The notes under the pieces: model-generated
Database searches by the model: none
Seen by the model: only the letters and a program-made list of their open reading frames with translations
What the model was told of the DNA's origin: nothing
Made by a program: the position numbers and the translations under genes
Shown: positions 38,177-50,317 of the stretch, piece after piece
Layout: the number at the start of each line of letters is the position of its first letter
Position numbering within the stretch: position 1 is the first letter of the stretch
Assembly (NCBI GenBank): GCA_042408785.1
Contig: JBHOQU010000127.1
Location: 86-64,085, forward strand
Direction: 5' to 3'
From: Dehalococcoidia bacterium
Lineage (GTDB): Bacteria; Chloroflexota; Dehalococcoidia; JAUQQI01
DNA length: 64,000 nt

Positions 38177-39775
38177 CTACGGCACAGGCCGCCCGGCCAG
38201 CACCCCCGTCGGCCGGCCCCCGGCCAGGGCCACCTGGCCGTTAACCAGCACCCACTCGACCCCGACGGCCAGACTCCGGGGATTTTCGTAAGTTGACGTG
38301 TCCGTAATGGCCTCCGGGTCGAAGACGGCGATATCCGCATACCTGCCGGGGGCGAGCACCCCCCGGTCCCGCAGGCCGAAGCGGGCGGCGGGCACGGCCG
38401 TCATCCGGTTGATGAGGAGTTCCAGGGGAACCCCATACCGGCGGCGGAGGGGCCCGAGGATCCGGGCGAAACAGCCGTAGGCCCGGGGGTGGGGCCGCTG
38501 GCCCACCCAGATGGCGTCGCTCCCCACCATGTAGTCGGGCCGGATAAGCAAGGTCATTATGTCTCGGTCGATCTGCTCCCAGACGGCCGGCTCGGGCGGC
38601 AGGCCCCAGAAGCCCACCCGGAATTCCTCCTCCAGCAGAAGGTCGCATAAAAGTTCCGGGACCTCCTTACCCCGCCGGGCGGAGGCCTCCACAAAGGTTA
38701 GGCCCACCAGGTCGGAGTTTTTAGGCAGGTAGCTGAAGACGATTTCGTGCCAGCCCCGGGTGCCTCGGGCCGAGCCCATATAGGCGTAGTCGATTTCCCG
38801 CGCCAGCCGGCGGCGGGCCGCGGGGTCTTTAAGCCGGGCCAGCAGGGCGTCGGGGCCGCCGTTGTGGGCCCAGGGCGGCAGGAACATCACCCCCTGACTG
38901 CTGCCGGTGGGATAGGGGTAGGTTTCCAGGGTGCAGTCGACCCCTTCGGCCTTGGCCCGGTCGATGGGAGCCGTGATCTGCTCCACCTGACCGGCCGTTA
39001 AGGGTCCAGTCCGGAAGTGGGAGAAATGGACCTTAACCCCCGACCGACGGCCCACCTCCAGGGCCTCCTCGACGGGGTCGAAGGGCTCGCCCCGGAAAAC
39101 CGTCCGCAGGTGGACGACGAAGGGACGGTCGTACCGGGCGGCCACCCGGCAGAGCCCCACCAGCTCGTCGGTGTCCGCCCAGGAGCACGGGTAGTAGCTT
39201 AAACCCGTGGAGAACCCCACCGCCCCCTCCTCCAGACCCTGAGCCAGGAGCCGCCGGGCCCGCTCCAGGGCTTCCCCCACCAGGGGAACGTCCCGGAAGC
39301 CCACCGCCTCCAGCCGGACCGCCCCGTGGGGAACCAGGTAGGCGGTGTTTACGGCCACCGTCCGGTCGAAGCAGGCCCGAAACTCGGCCACGGTGGACCA
39401 GGTGCAGGGCAGGTCAGGGTTGCCGTTGAGGCCGGCCAGGTAGCGCCGGTAAGCCCGCAGGTTTTCGGCCGAGAGGGGTGCGTAAGAAAGGCCGTCCTGC
39501 CCGAGGATTTCGGTGGTTACCCCCTGCCGGAGGGCGGCCTCGTGGACCGGGTCGGCCAGGAGCATCAGGTCTGAGTGAACGTGGGTGTCGATGAAGCCCG
39601 GGCAGACCACCTTTCCGCCGGCGTCGACGACGGTGGCGGCGGTCACATCGGGGCCGCTCAGGTCGCCCACGGCGGCGATGCGGTCGCCCACCACCCCAAC
39701 GTCGGCCCGGAACCCGGGCCGGCCGGTGCCGTCAATGACGGTGCCGTTTTTGATAAGGACGTCGAAGGCGGGCAT
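38177..39775 (-). CDS. N-acyl-D-amino acid deacylase family amidohydrolase
   Basis: IDGTG, PGFIDTHVHSD, GFSTGLSY, HPRAYG, ADIAVFDP. Confidence 0.9.
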   Translation of the reverse strand: MPAFDVLIKNGTVIDGTGRPGFRADVGVVGDRIAAVGDLSGPDVTAATVVDAGGKVVCPGFIDTHVHSDLMLLADPVHEAALRQGVTTEILGQDGLSYAPLSAENLRAYRRYLAGLNGNPDLPCTWSTVAEFRACFDRTVAVNTAYLVPHGAVRLEAVGFRDVPLVGEALERARRLLAQGLEEGAVGFSTGLSYYPCSWADTDELVGLCRVAARYDRPFVVHLRTVFRGEPFDPVEEALEVGRRSGVKVHFSHFRTGPLTAGQVEQITAPIDRAKAEGVDCTLETYPYPTGSSQGVMFLPPWAHNGGPDALLARLKDPAARRRLAREIDYAYMGSARGTRGWHEIVFSYLPKNSDLVGLTFVEASARRGKEVPELLCDLLLEEEFRVGFWGLPPEPAVWEQIDRDIMTLLIRPDYMVGSDAIWVGQRPHPRAYGCFARILGPLRRRYGVPLELLINRMTAVPAARFGLRDRGVLAPGRYADIAVFDPEAITDTSTYENPRSLAVGVEWVLVNGQVALAGGRPTGVLAGRPVP

Positions 39776-39777
39776 GG

Positions 39778-40866
39778 CTATTTTTCCTGGTACTCCCGGA
39801 GGGCGTCCTCGTTGGGCTCAAAGCCGAGGCCCGGCCGGTCGGGAAGCTCCACCCAGCCGGCCTCGGGCCGGAAGGTGTCTTTAAACAAAATCTCCCCCGC
39901 ATACCACATGGGCACGTGGAACTCCACCCGCCAGCCGTTGGCCACCGCGGCGTAAAGGTGGGCGTTGTGGTGGGGCCAGCCGCCCCCGTTGGCAATCTTC
40001 AGGTTAAAGCTGTCGGCCAGGTCGGCGACCTTGCGGCCCTCGGTATAACCGCCCACGTAGCAGACGTTGGGCTGGGCGATGTCCACCGCCTCCCCGGCGA
40101 TGAGGTCCCGGTGCCGCCAGCGGTGCTCCTGCTGGCCGGCGGCGATGGGAATGGTGGTGTGGGCCCGGAGCCGGCGGAGCAGGTTGACGTCGTTGGTGTA
40201 GACGGGCTCCTCAAACCAGCGGATGTTGTATGGCTCCAGCCGGCGGCACAGCTCCAGGGCCGAGGCATAGTCAAAAAGGTGGTTGGCGTCCACCATCAGC
40301 TCAACTCCGTCCCCGACGGCTTCCCGGACGAGCCGCACCCGCTCGGCGTCTTCGGCCACATTCTCGGCCCCGTCGATGGCCACCACCATCTTCAGGCGGG
40401 TGTGCCCCTGGGACACCCAGTAGCGGGCGGCCTCGACCAGCTGCTCCCGGTCGTATTCTAAAAGGCCGAAGGTTACGTAGGCGGGGACCCGCCTTGAGTG
40501 ACCCCCGAGGAGGCGCCAGACCGGCTGATTTAAATACTTGCCCTTGATGTCCCAGAGGGCGATGTCTACGGCGCTCTGGCCGAAGATGACGACCCCGGAG
40601 TTGCCCCGGGGGTTAAAGGTGCGGTGGATGAGGGCCGAGATCCCCTCAGTATCCAGGGGGTCCCGCCCGACCAGAAGGGGGGCCAGCTCCCGGTTTATAA
40701 ACTCCCGGGTTGCGAACCGCAGGACCCCGCCCGTCATCCCCGTGCCGACGATGCCGGCGTCGGTCTCAACCCGGGCCAGCACCACCTCCCGGTAGATGAC
40801 CCGGTCGGTTATAGGGGCACGGGTGGGGACACGGTAGGCGGCGGCGGTAACGCGGGTGATGCGCAT
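39778..40866 (-). CDS. Mandelate racemase/muconate lactonizing enzyme family protein
   Basis: SAVDIALWDIKGK, MVDAN, WFEEP, PDRPGLG; start at ATG 40866 with AGGAGG. Confidence 0.9.
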   Translation of the reverse strand: MRITRVTAAAYRVPTRAPITDRVIYREVVLARVETDAGIVGTGMTGGVLRFATREFINRELAPLLVGRDPLDTEGISALIHRTFNPRGNSGVVIFGQSAVDIALWDIKGKYLNQPVWRLLGGHSRRVPAYVTFGLLEYDREQLVEAARYWVSQGHTRLKMVVAIDGAENVAEDAERVRLVREAVGDGVELMVDANHLFDYASALELCRRLEPYNIRWFEEPVYTNDVNLLRRLRAHTTIPIAAGQQEHRWRHRDLIAGEAVDIAQPNVCYVGGYTEGRKVADLADSFNLKIANGGGWPHHNAHLYAAVANGWRVEFHVPMWYAGEILFKDTFRPEAGWVELPDRPGLGFEPNEDALREYQEK

Positions 40867-40908
40867 CTGCTCCTCCTGATGCTGGGTTCGGTCGGACCGG
40901 ATAATTAT

Positions 40909-40940
40909 AAACAGGCCCCGCCCGCGGGCGGGGCCTGTTT
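40909..40940. terminator. Perfect 32-bp palindrome, probable bidirectional intrinsic terminator
   Basis: AAACAGGCCCCGCCCG|CGGGCGGGGCCTGTTT, 21 nt after the stop of the aRF1-like gene. Confidence 0.7.
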
Positions 40941-40961
40941 TGGCCGAACAAATCGGCGGGC

Positions 40962-42083
40962 TCAGAACCTTAGCAGGGCGGCGACCCCGCCCACGGCGTC
41001 CAGCTTTTCGCCTCCCTTGCCCCGAACCAGCTCCACTCGGGCTTGCTGCCGGAGCATCGCCCGGATGAGACTTTCGATGAGGTCGTTCACGTGCACCAGG
41101 GGTCCGCCGCACAGGGCACAGGCGTCCCCGTCGGGCCGAGTGGCGATGAAGCCGCATCCGGCGCACTCATACCCTTCGGGTCGGAGGGTTTCGGTTAGGA
41201 GCAGGCGCATTATCCGGTTCTGCATGGCCGCCGCGACCGTGTCATCCAGGCCCACCACGGCCGGCCCGCCTTTGGCGGCCAGCTCCAGGGTCTGCTCCAC
41301 CAGACTCAGCTCCTCGTCCCTTTCGAGGGCCTGCTCCAGCTCCAGCGTCTTGTAAAGGATCTCTTCGGGCGGGGCGATGATCCGGGCGGTGAAGGTGCCC
41401 GCAAGCTTCGATTCCAGCTCTTTGGGCAGAAGGTCCACAAAGGTGCTCAGGACCTCCGTCGGGCCGGCCACGACCAGCCGGTCGAAGGGGTGACGGGCTT
41501 CGAATTCCCGAAGCTCTTCGAGGGTGTGCTTAACGTGCCAGACGACATGGGTCTCGTGGTGGCGCTGGAAGTCGGCCGCGGACCAGCCCCCCTGCTTGTG
41601 TTTTTTGACGATGAGGTCGGCGAACTCGTCGGCCTCGACGACCTTTGCCAGCTCGATGAAAAAGAGCCTGGCCCGGGCCTTATTTAGCAGAAGCACGGCG
41701 TACCGGTCGTACTCGTCGAGCAGGTCGACCAGGGGTCGAATGTACGGAATCGTGTCGTAGTGAGCCTGGTCCCGGGGCCGGGTGTGGAGGAAGACGACCT
41801 CCCAGAAGTCCTCGGGGATGCACGAGTAAACGGCAACCCCCAGGCCGTGGGGGGTGAAGTGGCGCTCGAAGTAATCGTCTACCTTCTCGATTTCGGCCTC
41901 CAAAGGCCGGCGCTTCTCTTCCGGAACCCTGCGCCGCAGTTCGTCAAAGAGACTCTTGCGGACCACGTGGTAGGTCCGGTTCTGGCTCTCCTGCGGCGAG
42001 ATATCCAGGACCAGGCTGAGCACATCGGCCCGCCTGGGTCTGAAGGCGGCGATCCGGTAAACCTGGTCCCGCCCTAACTCCAT
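40962..42083 (-). CDS. Bacterial archaeo-eukaryotic release factor homolog (baeRF10-like)
   Basis: PYIRPL, KHKQGGWSA loop, LVVAGP, zinc-ribbon CAGC..CALC, aRF1-like GGVAALLRF end. Confidence 0.82.
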   Translation of the reverse strand: MELGRDQVYRIAAFRPRRADVLSLVLDISPQESQNRTYHVVRKSLFDELRRRVPEEKRRPLEAEIEKVDDYFERHFTPHGLGVAVYSCIPEDFWEVVFLHTRPRDQAHYDTIPYIRPLVDLLDEYDRYAVLLLNKARARLFFIELAKVVEADEFADLIVKKHKQGGWSAADFQRHHETHVVWHVKHTLEELREFEARHPFDRLVVAGPTEVLSTFVDLLPKELESKLAGTFTARIIAPPEEILYKTLELEQALERDEELSLVEQTLELAAKGGPAVVGLDDTVAAAMQNRIMRLLLTETLRPEGYECAGCGFIATRPDGDACALCGGPLVHVNDLIESLIRAMLRQQARVELVRGKGGEKLDAVGGVAALLRF

Positions 42084-42113
42084 CGGTCTCCTCCGGCTGG
42101 TTTTTCGCTTTAT

Positions 42114-44717
<2,604 letters not shown>

Positions 44718-44752
44718 ATCCCCTCAGCCCCTATCCGTTGAGCTTCGGTTAA

Positions 44753-44787
44753 ACTATACCACCCGTTTTCTTAGCAAGCCGCTAAGA
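44753..44787 (-). promoter_or_regulatory. clpB extended -10 promoter with an inverted repeat over the -35 region
   Basis: TGG-TATAGT (44761-44753); TCTTAGC-N5-GCTAAGA (44769-44787). Confidence 0.5.
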
Positions 44788-44804
44788 GGTGTCTAAAAAT
44801 CCTC

Positions 44805-46004
44805 TTAACGGCCAAGGTCCACAACCCCCTCGGCCGCAAGGGCCTCGACCTCGGCCGGGGAGAGGCCGGCCAGCCTGGTGAGCACCTCCAGGGTGTGCTC
44901 CCCAAGGACGGGGGCCGGCCGTTCTACCCGGGTGGGCGTCCGGGAGAACCTGGGGGGCGGTGCCGGCACCTTAAGGGAACCTTCCCGACCGCCGGGCAGA
45001 GGCAGCTCCAGAATGGAGCCCCGAGCCTGAACGTGGGGGTCAGCCAGCACCCGGTCGATGGTGTTCACCGGGGCAACGAAAGCCACCTCCTCTTCCAGCT
45101 CCGAAAGCCACTCGGCCGTGGTCTTCTGCCGGAAGATTTCTTCAAGGATGGGTTCGAGTTCGGCGTGGTGTTCGGTGCGGGATTCATTGGTCTGAAACCG
45201 TTCGTCGAACATCAGGTCCAGCCGGCCGAGCTTGGCGCAGAAGAGCTGCCAGTCCCGAACCCCGGCCACGACGATGTAGCCGTCCTTGGTGGGGAAGGCC
45301 TGAAACGGGGTTATCAGCGGGTGGCGGCTGCCCAGGGGCCCTGGAACCTGCCCCGTGGCCGCATAGCGAACGATGGGGTTTTCTAAGAGGGCCAGCACCG
45401 CGTCCAGCATCCCCACGTCCACGTGCTGGCCCCGGCCGGTGCGGTGGCGGGCCTCCAGGGCGGCCAGGACCCCGATGGCCGCAAAGACCCCCCCGGCCAG
45501 GTCGGCCAGGGAAACCCCAACCCGGACCGGACGCCCCCCCGGCTCGCCGGTGACGCTCATCAGGCCCGACATCCCCTGAATGATGACGTCCACGGCGTGC
45601 CGGTCCCGGTACGGCCCCGTCTGGCCGAAGCCGGACAGTGAGGCGTAAATGAGTCCCGGGTTTAACGGTTCAAGCTCGGCGTAGCCGAGGCCCAGGCGGT
45701 CCATGGTGCCCGGGGTGAAGTTTTCGACCAGAATATCGGCCTTGGGCACCAGCCGCCGGATTATGTCAATTGCGGCCGGATGTTTTAAATTGAGGCTTAC
45801 ACTCTTTTTGCCCCGGTTGATGCTGAAAAAATAGGTGCTTACGCCCTGGACGTAAGGTCCGGCCCCCCGCTCCTCCTCGGTGATGCCCACCGGCTCGACT
45901 TTGATGACCTCGGCCCCCAGGTCGGCCAAAATCATGGTGCAGAAGGGGCCGGCCAGCTTCCAGGTGAAGTCGAGGACACGCAGACCTTCAAGGGGACCTG
46001 GCAT
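44805..46004 (-). CDS. CaiB/BaiF family III CoA-transferase
   Basis: RVLDF..LAGP, INRGKKS, ENFTPG, SGFGQTGP, LADLAGG. Confidence 0.93.
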   Translation of the reverse strand: MPGPLEGLRVLDFTWKLAGPFCTMILADLGAEVIKVEPVGITEEERGAGPYVQGVSTYFFSINRGKKSVSLNLKHPAAIDIIRRLVPKADILVENFTPGTMDRLGLGYAELEPLNPGLIYASLSGFGQTGPYRDRHAVDVIIQGMSGLMSVTGEPGGRPVRVGVSLADLAGGVFAAIGVLAALEARHRTGRGQHVDVGMLDAVLALLENPIVRYAATGQVPGPLGSRHPLITPFQAFPTKDGYIVVAGVRDWQLFCAKLGRLDLMFDERFQTNESRTEHHAELEPILEEIFRQKTTAEWLSELEEEVAFVAPVNTIDRVLADPHVQARGSILELPLPGGREGSLKVPAPPPRFSRTPTRVERPAPVLGEHTLEVLTRLAGLSPAEVEALAAEGVVDLGR

Positions 46005-46251
46005 AATTGACCCTCCGGTAGTTATGATGCCAGAGTCCGGGCTTGCCGGCCAGTATCCAGGCTTTGCACTTTATGTTGGAGCGCCGGACCCGGTCCGTTG
46101 TAAGCGCGTACCAACGTGCGCTTATGCAACTAAACTAGCCACTATATGCTACCAGTTTGGCGGATAACCTGAAAGCCCAGGTCGGGGCTACTTTATAAAG
46201 GCCGGCGGGCCTGTAGGCGGGTTTATAATTTAACACTGAAGCGCCGTCAAT

Positions 46252-48339
46252 ATGGCCGAGGAACGAGATCAGCACGAGCCGGTTAAGACCCCTTCCCCCG
46301 ACCTGGAACAGCGGGAGCTGATAACGGGCCGGCGCCCGGGCACCCGCTACGTCCGGATCGTCCGCCCCTTCGCCCACGAGTTCCGCCGTCGGGCCCCGGG
46401 CGAGCTGGTCGCCACCGAGCGGGTTCTGGCTCCCAAATCCACCCTGGGCAAGCTCTTCGAGGCGGTCCGGCGGACCCTCATCGGACGGCGGCTACCCACC
46501 GAAATGGAGCTTTCGGAGCGGGTGGGCAAACTCAAGGGGCTGGCCATCCTCGCCTCGGACAACGTTTCGTCCTCGGCCTACGCCACCGAGGAGATCATGC
46601 GGGTGCTGGTCACTGCCGGCGTCGCCGCCCTGGCCCTGACCCTGCCCATCTCGATCCCCATTGTGGCCCTGGTCGTCATCGTCGTGTTGAGCTACCTTCA
46701 GGTGATTCGGGCCTACCCGGCCGGTGGGGGAAGCTACCACGTCGCCTACGAGAACCTGGGAACCCTGGCCGGCCTTACGGCCGCGGCGGCCCTGCTGACG
46801 GATTACATCTTGACGGTGGCGGTTTCGACGGCCGCCGGGGTTGCCGCCATAACCTCGGCCTTCCCCGAGCTCTTTAAATACCGGGTCGGGCTGACGGTGC
46901 TTTTAATCGGGCTTATTACGGTGGTAAACCTGCGGGGCGTGCGTGAGTCCGGGTCCATCTTTGCGGCCCCCACGTATCTTTACGTGCTGGGACTTTTCAG
47001 CCTCTTCGGCGTCGGCTTCTGGCGGCTGGCGACGGGGGATGCGCCGGTTTACACGCCTCCGCCCGAGTGGCTGGAGGCCTACCACCCGGAGCCCCTCACC
47101 CTGCTGCTTATCCTGCGGGCTTTCTCCTCGGGCGCCGTCGCCCTGACCGGCATCGAGGCGGTATCCAACAGCGTCCAGATTTTCAAGCCCCCCGAGGTCC
47201 GCAACGCCCAGCTGGTCCTGGTCGGCATGGGCACCCTCTTTATAACCATCTTCCTGGGGATAGGCCTCTTTTCGACCTACCTGGGGGTGGTTCCCGACCC
47301 CCACGAGGTCGAGACGGTCCTCAGCCAGATTGCCCGGGCGCTGGTGGGGGAGAGCCCCCTTTATTACTACCTGCAGTTTGCCACGGCGGTTATCCTGATC
47401 CTGGCGGCCAACACCGCCTTTAACGGCTTCCCCCGGCTGGCCAGCATCCTGGCCCGGGACCGCTTCCTGCCTACCCAGTTCCAGTACCGGGGCGACCGGC
47501 TGGCCTACAGCACCGGGATTATCTTCCTGGCCGTCGTCTCGAGCCTGCTGGTGGCCGCCTACCAGGCCAGCGTCACCGGCCTGATACCCCTCTACACGGT
47601 GGGCGTCTTCCTGGCGTTTACCCTGAGTCAGGTGGGGCTGGTCCGCCACTGGTACCGGTTCCGGGACCGGGAACCGGGTTGGGGCTGGCGGGCCGCCCTC
47701 AACGGGGTGGGGGCCGTGGCGACGGGCACCGTTCTGGTGGTCGTCGGCATTTCAAAGTTCGCCCTGGGCGCCTGGATGGTCATCGTTTTGATCCCGGTTC
47801 TCATCGGCCTGATGTGGGCGGTCCACCGCCACTACCGGTTCGTGGAGGACCTGCTTACCCTGGACCGGCTGGATGTTGAACTCCGGCCGGAGCGGCCGCC
47901 CCTGGTGGTGGTGCCGATAGCCCGCCTGGACCGCCAGGCCCTGCGGGCCCTGACCTTTGCCCGGTCGGTCTCGCCCGAGGTGGTGGCCGTCCACGTCACC
48001 GACGACGTCCGGGAAGCCGAACAGCTTCGCCGGCGCTGGGAGCAGTTGGGCCTGGGCATCCCCCTGGAGATTGTCCACTCCCCGTACCGGGCCCTCATCG
48101 AACCGCTCCTGGCCTACATCGACGCCCTGGATAAGCTGGACCCCGGCCGGCCGATAACGGTGGTCCTTTCCGAGTACGTGCCGAAGCATTTCTGGGAGCT
48201 TTTCCTCCACAACCAGACGGCCCTGCGGCTGAAGTTTCACCTTTTCTTCCGGCCCAACACCATCGTCATCGACGTGCCGTATCACCTGGAGTACAGTTTG
48301 GAGGAGCTGGGAGCCGAGTCGAAAGGTTCTTCGCCATGA
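46252..48339 (+). CDS. APC-family permease, YdaO/KimA-like (probable K+ uptake)
   Basis: SDNVSSSAYATEE, AYPAGGGSY, DYILTVAVS, LTGIEAVSN, ANTAFNGFP, LHNQTA cytosolic domain. Confidence 0.88.
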   Translation: MAEERDQHEPVKTPSPDLEQRELITGRRPGTRYVRIVRPFAHEFRRRAPGELVATERVLAPKSTLGKLFEAVRRTLIGRRLPTEMELSERVGKLKGLAILASDNVSSSAYATEEIMRVLVTAGVAALALTLPISIPIVALVVIVVLSYLQVIRAYPAGGGSYHVAYENLGTLAGLTAAAALLTDYILTVAVSTAAGVAAITSAFPELFKYRVGLTVLLIGLITVVNLRGVRESGSIFAAPTYLYVLGLFSLFGVGFWRLATGDAPVYTPPPEWLEAYHPEPLTLLLILRAFSSGAVALTGIEAVSNSVQIFKPPEVRNAQLVLVGMGTLFITIFLGIGLFSTYLGVVPDPHEVETVLSQIARALVGESPLYYYLQFATAVILILAANTAFNGFPRLASILARDRFLPTQFQYRGDRLAYSTGIIFLAVVSSLLVAAYQASVTGLIPLYTVGVFLAFTLSQVGLVRHWYRFRDREPGWGWRAALNGVGAVATGTVLVVVGISKFALGAWMVIVLIPVLIGLMWAVHRHYRFVEDLLTLDRLDVELRPERPPLVVVPIARLDRQALRALTFARSVSPEVVAVHVTDDVREAEQLRRRWEQLGLGIPLEIVHSPYRALIEPLLAYIDALDKLDPGRPITVVLSEYVPKHFWELFLHNQTALRLKFHLFFRPNTIVIDVPYHLEYSLEELGAESKGSSP

Positions 48340-48737
48340 AAAGGCTCCGCGTCGACACGACCCGGCCGCGGGAAGTCCTGGACATCACCGACCGGGTGAA
48401 TGCGCTGATTGGGGAGGCCGGATTTCAGTCCGGCCTCTGTCACCTGCTACTGCTCCACACCACGGCGGCCCTCACCCTGGCCGACCTGGACCCCGGCACG
48501 GACCTGGACATGCTGGATGCCTTTACCGAAATGGTGCCCAGGCTCCGGTACCGCCATCCCCACAACCCCGCCCACGTCCCCCACCACATCCTCTCGGCCC
48601 TTATCGGGACCTCCCTGACCCTGCCCGTCGCCGACGGCCGGCTGGTTCTGGGGACCTGGCAGCGGGTGGTTCTGGTGGAATTCGAGGGCCCCCGGCGGCG
48701 GGAGCTGGCGGTGACCCTGCTGCCGGCGGCATTGTAG
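48336..48737 (+). CDS. YjbQ (UPF0047) family protein
   Basis: DITDRV, HTTAAL, LGTWQ..VEFEGPR. Confidence 0.9.
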   Translation: MKRLRVDTTRPREVLDITDRVNALIGEAGFQSGLCHLLLLHTTAALTLADLDPGTDLDMLDAFTEMVPRLRYRHPHNPAHVPHHILSALIGTSLTLPVADGRLVLGTWQRVVLVEFEGPRRRELAVTLLPAAL

Positions 48738-48787
48738 GGGGCAGTGGCTTGTGGTAAACTGCTCTTTGGACAGTGCCTGTATCGGCC

Positions 48788-50197
48788 ATGAAAACCCTGA
48801 CCCCGAGAGAGATAGTCCGGCAGCTTGATAAATACATAGTCGGCCAGGAGGCGGCCAAAAGGGCGGTGGCCATCGCCCTCCGAAACCGGTACCGCCGCCG
48901 GATGCTCCCCCCTGAGCTCGCCCGGGACGTTCTGCCCAAAAACATCCTGATGATCGGCCCCACCGGGGTCGGCAAGACCGAGATCGCCCGGCGGGTGGCC
49001 CAGCTCATCGGGGCCCCCTTTGTTAAGGTCGAGGCCACCCGCTTTACCGAGGTCGGTTACGTCGGCCGGGACGTGGAATCCATCATCCACGAGCTGGTCG
49101 ACGTTAGCGTGGGGATGGTCTACGAGGAGCGGCTCCGGGAGGTGGAGTCCAAGGCCGAGTCCCTGGCCAACGAACGGCTGGTAAATTACATCTACCAGCA
49201 GCTCATCGCCGGCCCGAAGCGGGCCCGGGCTAAGGGCCGCTTGCGGGTCCAGTCCCTGCCCCTGGAGCTTCTGGACGACCCCGACCTGGTCAAGTCGGAT
49301 AAGGCCCGGCTGCGGGCGGTGCGCAAGCGGGTTGCCGACCTGGTCAAGGCCCGGGCCCTCGACGACCACATCATCGAGATCGAGGTGGGCGACTACGACC
49401 GGTACAACCTGGAGTTCGGCCCGGGGGTATCGGTGGATGAGCTTCGGGAGTCCTTCGCCGACTTCATCGAGCAGTATGAGGACTACAGCCGGCGGCGCCG
49501 GGCCCGCCGGGTGTCGGTCCGGGAGGCCCGCCGGATTCTCACCCGGGAGGAGGCCTCCAAGCTTATCAACGTCGACGAGGTGGTCGAAGAGGGTCTGCGC
49601 CGGGCGGAGGAGTTGGGGGTAGTCTTTATCGACGAGATCGACAAGATTGCCGGCCCCGAGGTGGAAGTTGGGCCGGACGTCTCCGGTGAAGGGGTTCAGC
49701 GGGACCTGCTGCCCATCGTCGAGGGCTGCACGGTCCTGACCCGCTACGGCCCGGTCCGCACCGACCACATCCTGTTCATTGCCGCCGGCGCCTTCTACGA
49801 CCGGCGCCCGTCGGACCTGATTCCGGAGCTTCAGGGCCGATTCCCCCTGCGGGTTGAGCTCCACCCCCTGGGCGAAGAGGAGTTCCGGCGGATCCTGGTC
49901 GAGCCTGAAAACTCGCTGGTCAAGCAGTACCAGGCCCTGCTGGCCACCGAGGGGGTTGAGCTGGAGTTCACCGAAGATGCCATCATCGAGCTGGCCCGCA
50001 CGGCCGCACGGCTCAACGAGCGGTATGAGAACATCGGCGCCCGCCGACTCTACACGGTGATGGAGGCCGTCCTGGAGGAGATAAGCTTCAGCGCCCCCGA
50101 GCGGCGGGGCGAGCGGGTGCTCATCGACGCCGAGTACGTGCGCAACCGGCTCGCCGGGCTGCTGGCGAACGAAGACTTAAGCCGCTATATTCTCTAG
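48788..50197 (+). CDS. hslU: HslU ATPase subunit of the HslUV protease
   Basis: [49 protein letters not shown]. Confidence 0.95.
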   Translation: MKTLTPREIVRQLDKYIVGQEAAKRAVAIALRNRYRRRMLPPELARDVLPKNILMIGPTGVGKTEIARRVAQLIGAPFVKVEATRFTEVGYVGRDVESIIHELVDVSVGMVYEERLREVESKAESLANERLVNYIYQQLIAGPKRARAKGRLRVQSLPLELLDDPDLVKSDKARLRAVRKRVADLVKARALDDHIIEIEVGDYDRYNLEFGPGVSVDELRESFADFIEQYEDYSRRRRARRVSVREARRILTREEASKLINVDEVVEEGLRRAEELGVVFIDEIDKIAGPEVEVGPDVSGEGVQRDLLPIVEGCTVLTRYGPVRTDHILFIAAGAFYDRRPSDLIPELQGRFPLRVELHPLGEEEFRRILVEPENSLVKQYQALLATEGVELEFTEDAIIELARTAARLNERYENIGARRLYTVMEAVLEEISFSAPERRGERVLIDAEYVRNRLAGLLANEDLSRYIL

Positions 50198-50224
50198 GAA
50201 GGGCGAAAGCCCGATTCGGCCAGA

Positions 50225-50300
50225 ACGCACGCCCCCCGACTGCCACGGCCGTGCCCGCTGAGGGGGTCCCGGGGCAGGATGACGGGGGCGGAGGACTAAC
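50225..50300 (+). ncRNA. rpsB (S2) autoregulatory leader
   Basis: CAC, then a GC stem (CGCCCCC../..GGGGGCG), then GGAGGACTAAC upstream of the true SD; this is the layout of the S2 leader. Confidence 0.65.
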
Positions 50301-50317
50301 GGAAGGAGGTTTTATAA

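Noticed and set aside
44769-44796. CIRCE element
   Set aside because: Does not fit TTAGCACTC-N9-GAGTGCTAA; only the outer bases resemble it
46005-46251. c-di-AMP (ydaO) riboswitch
   Set aside because: The conserved GCTGAATCC, GGGGGAACC and TCAGCTAACC elements are not visible
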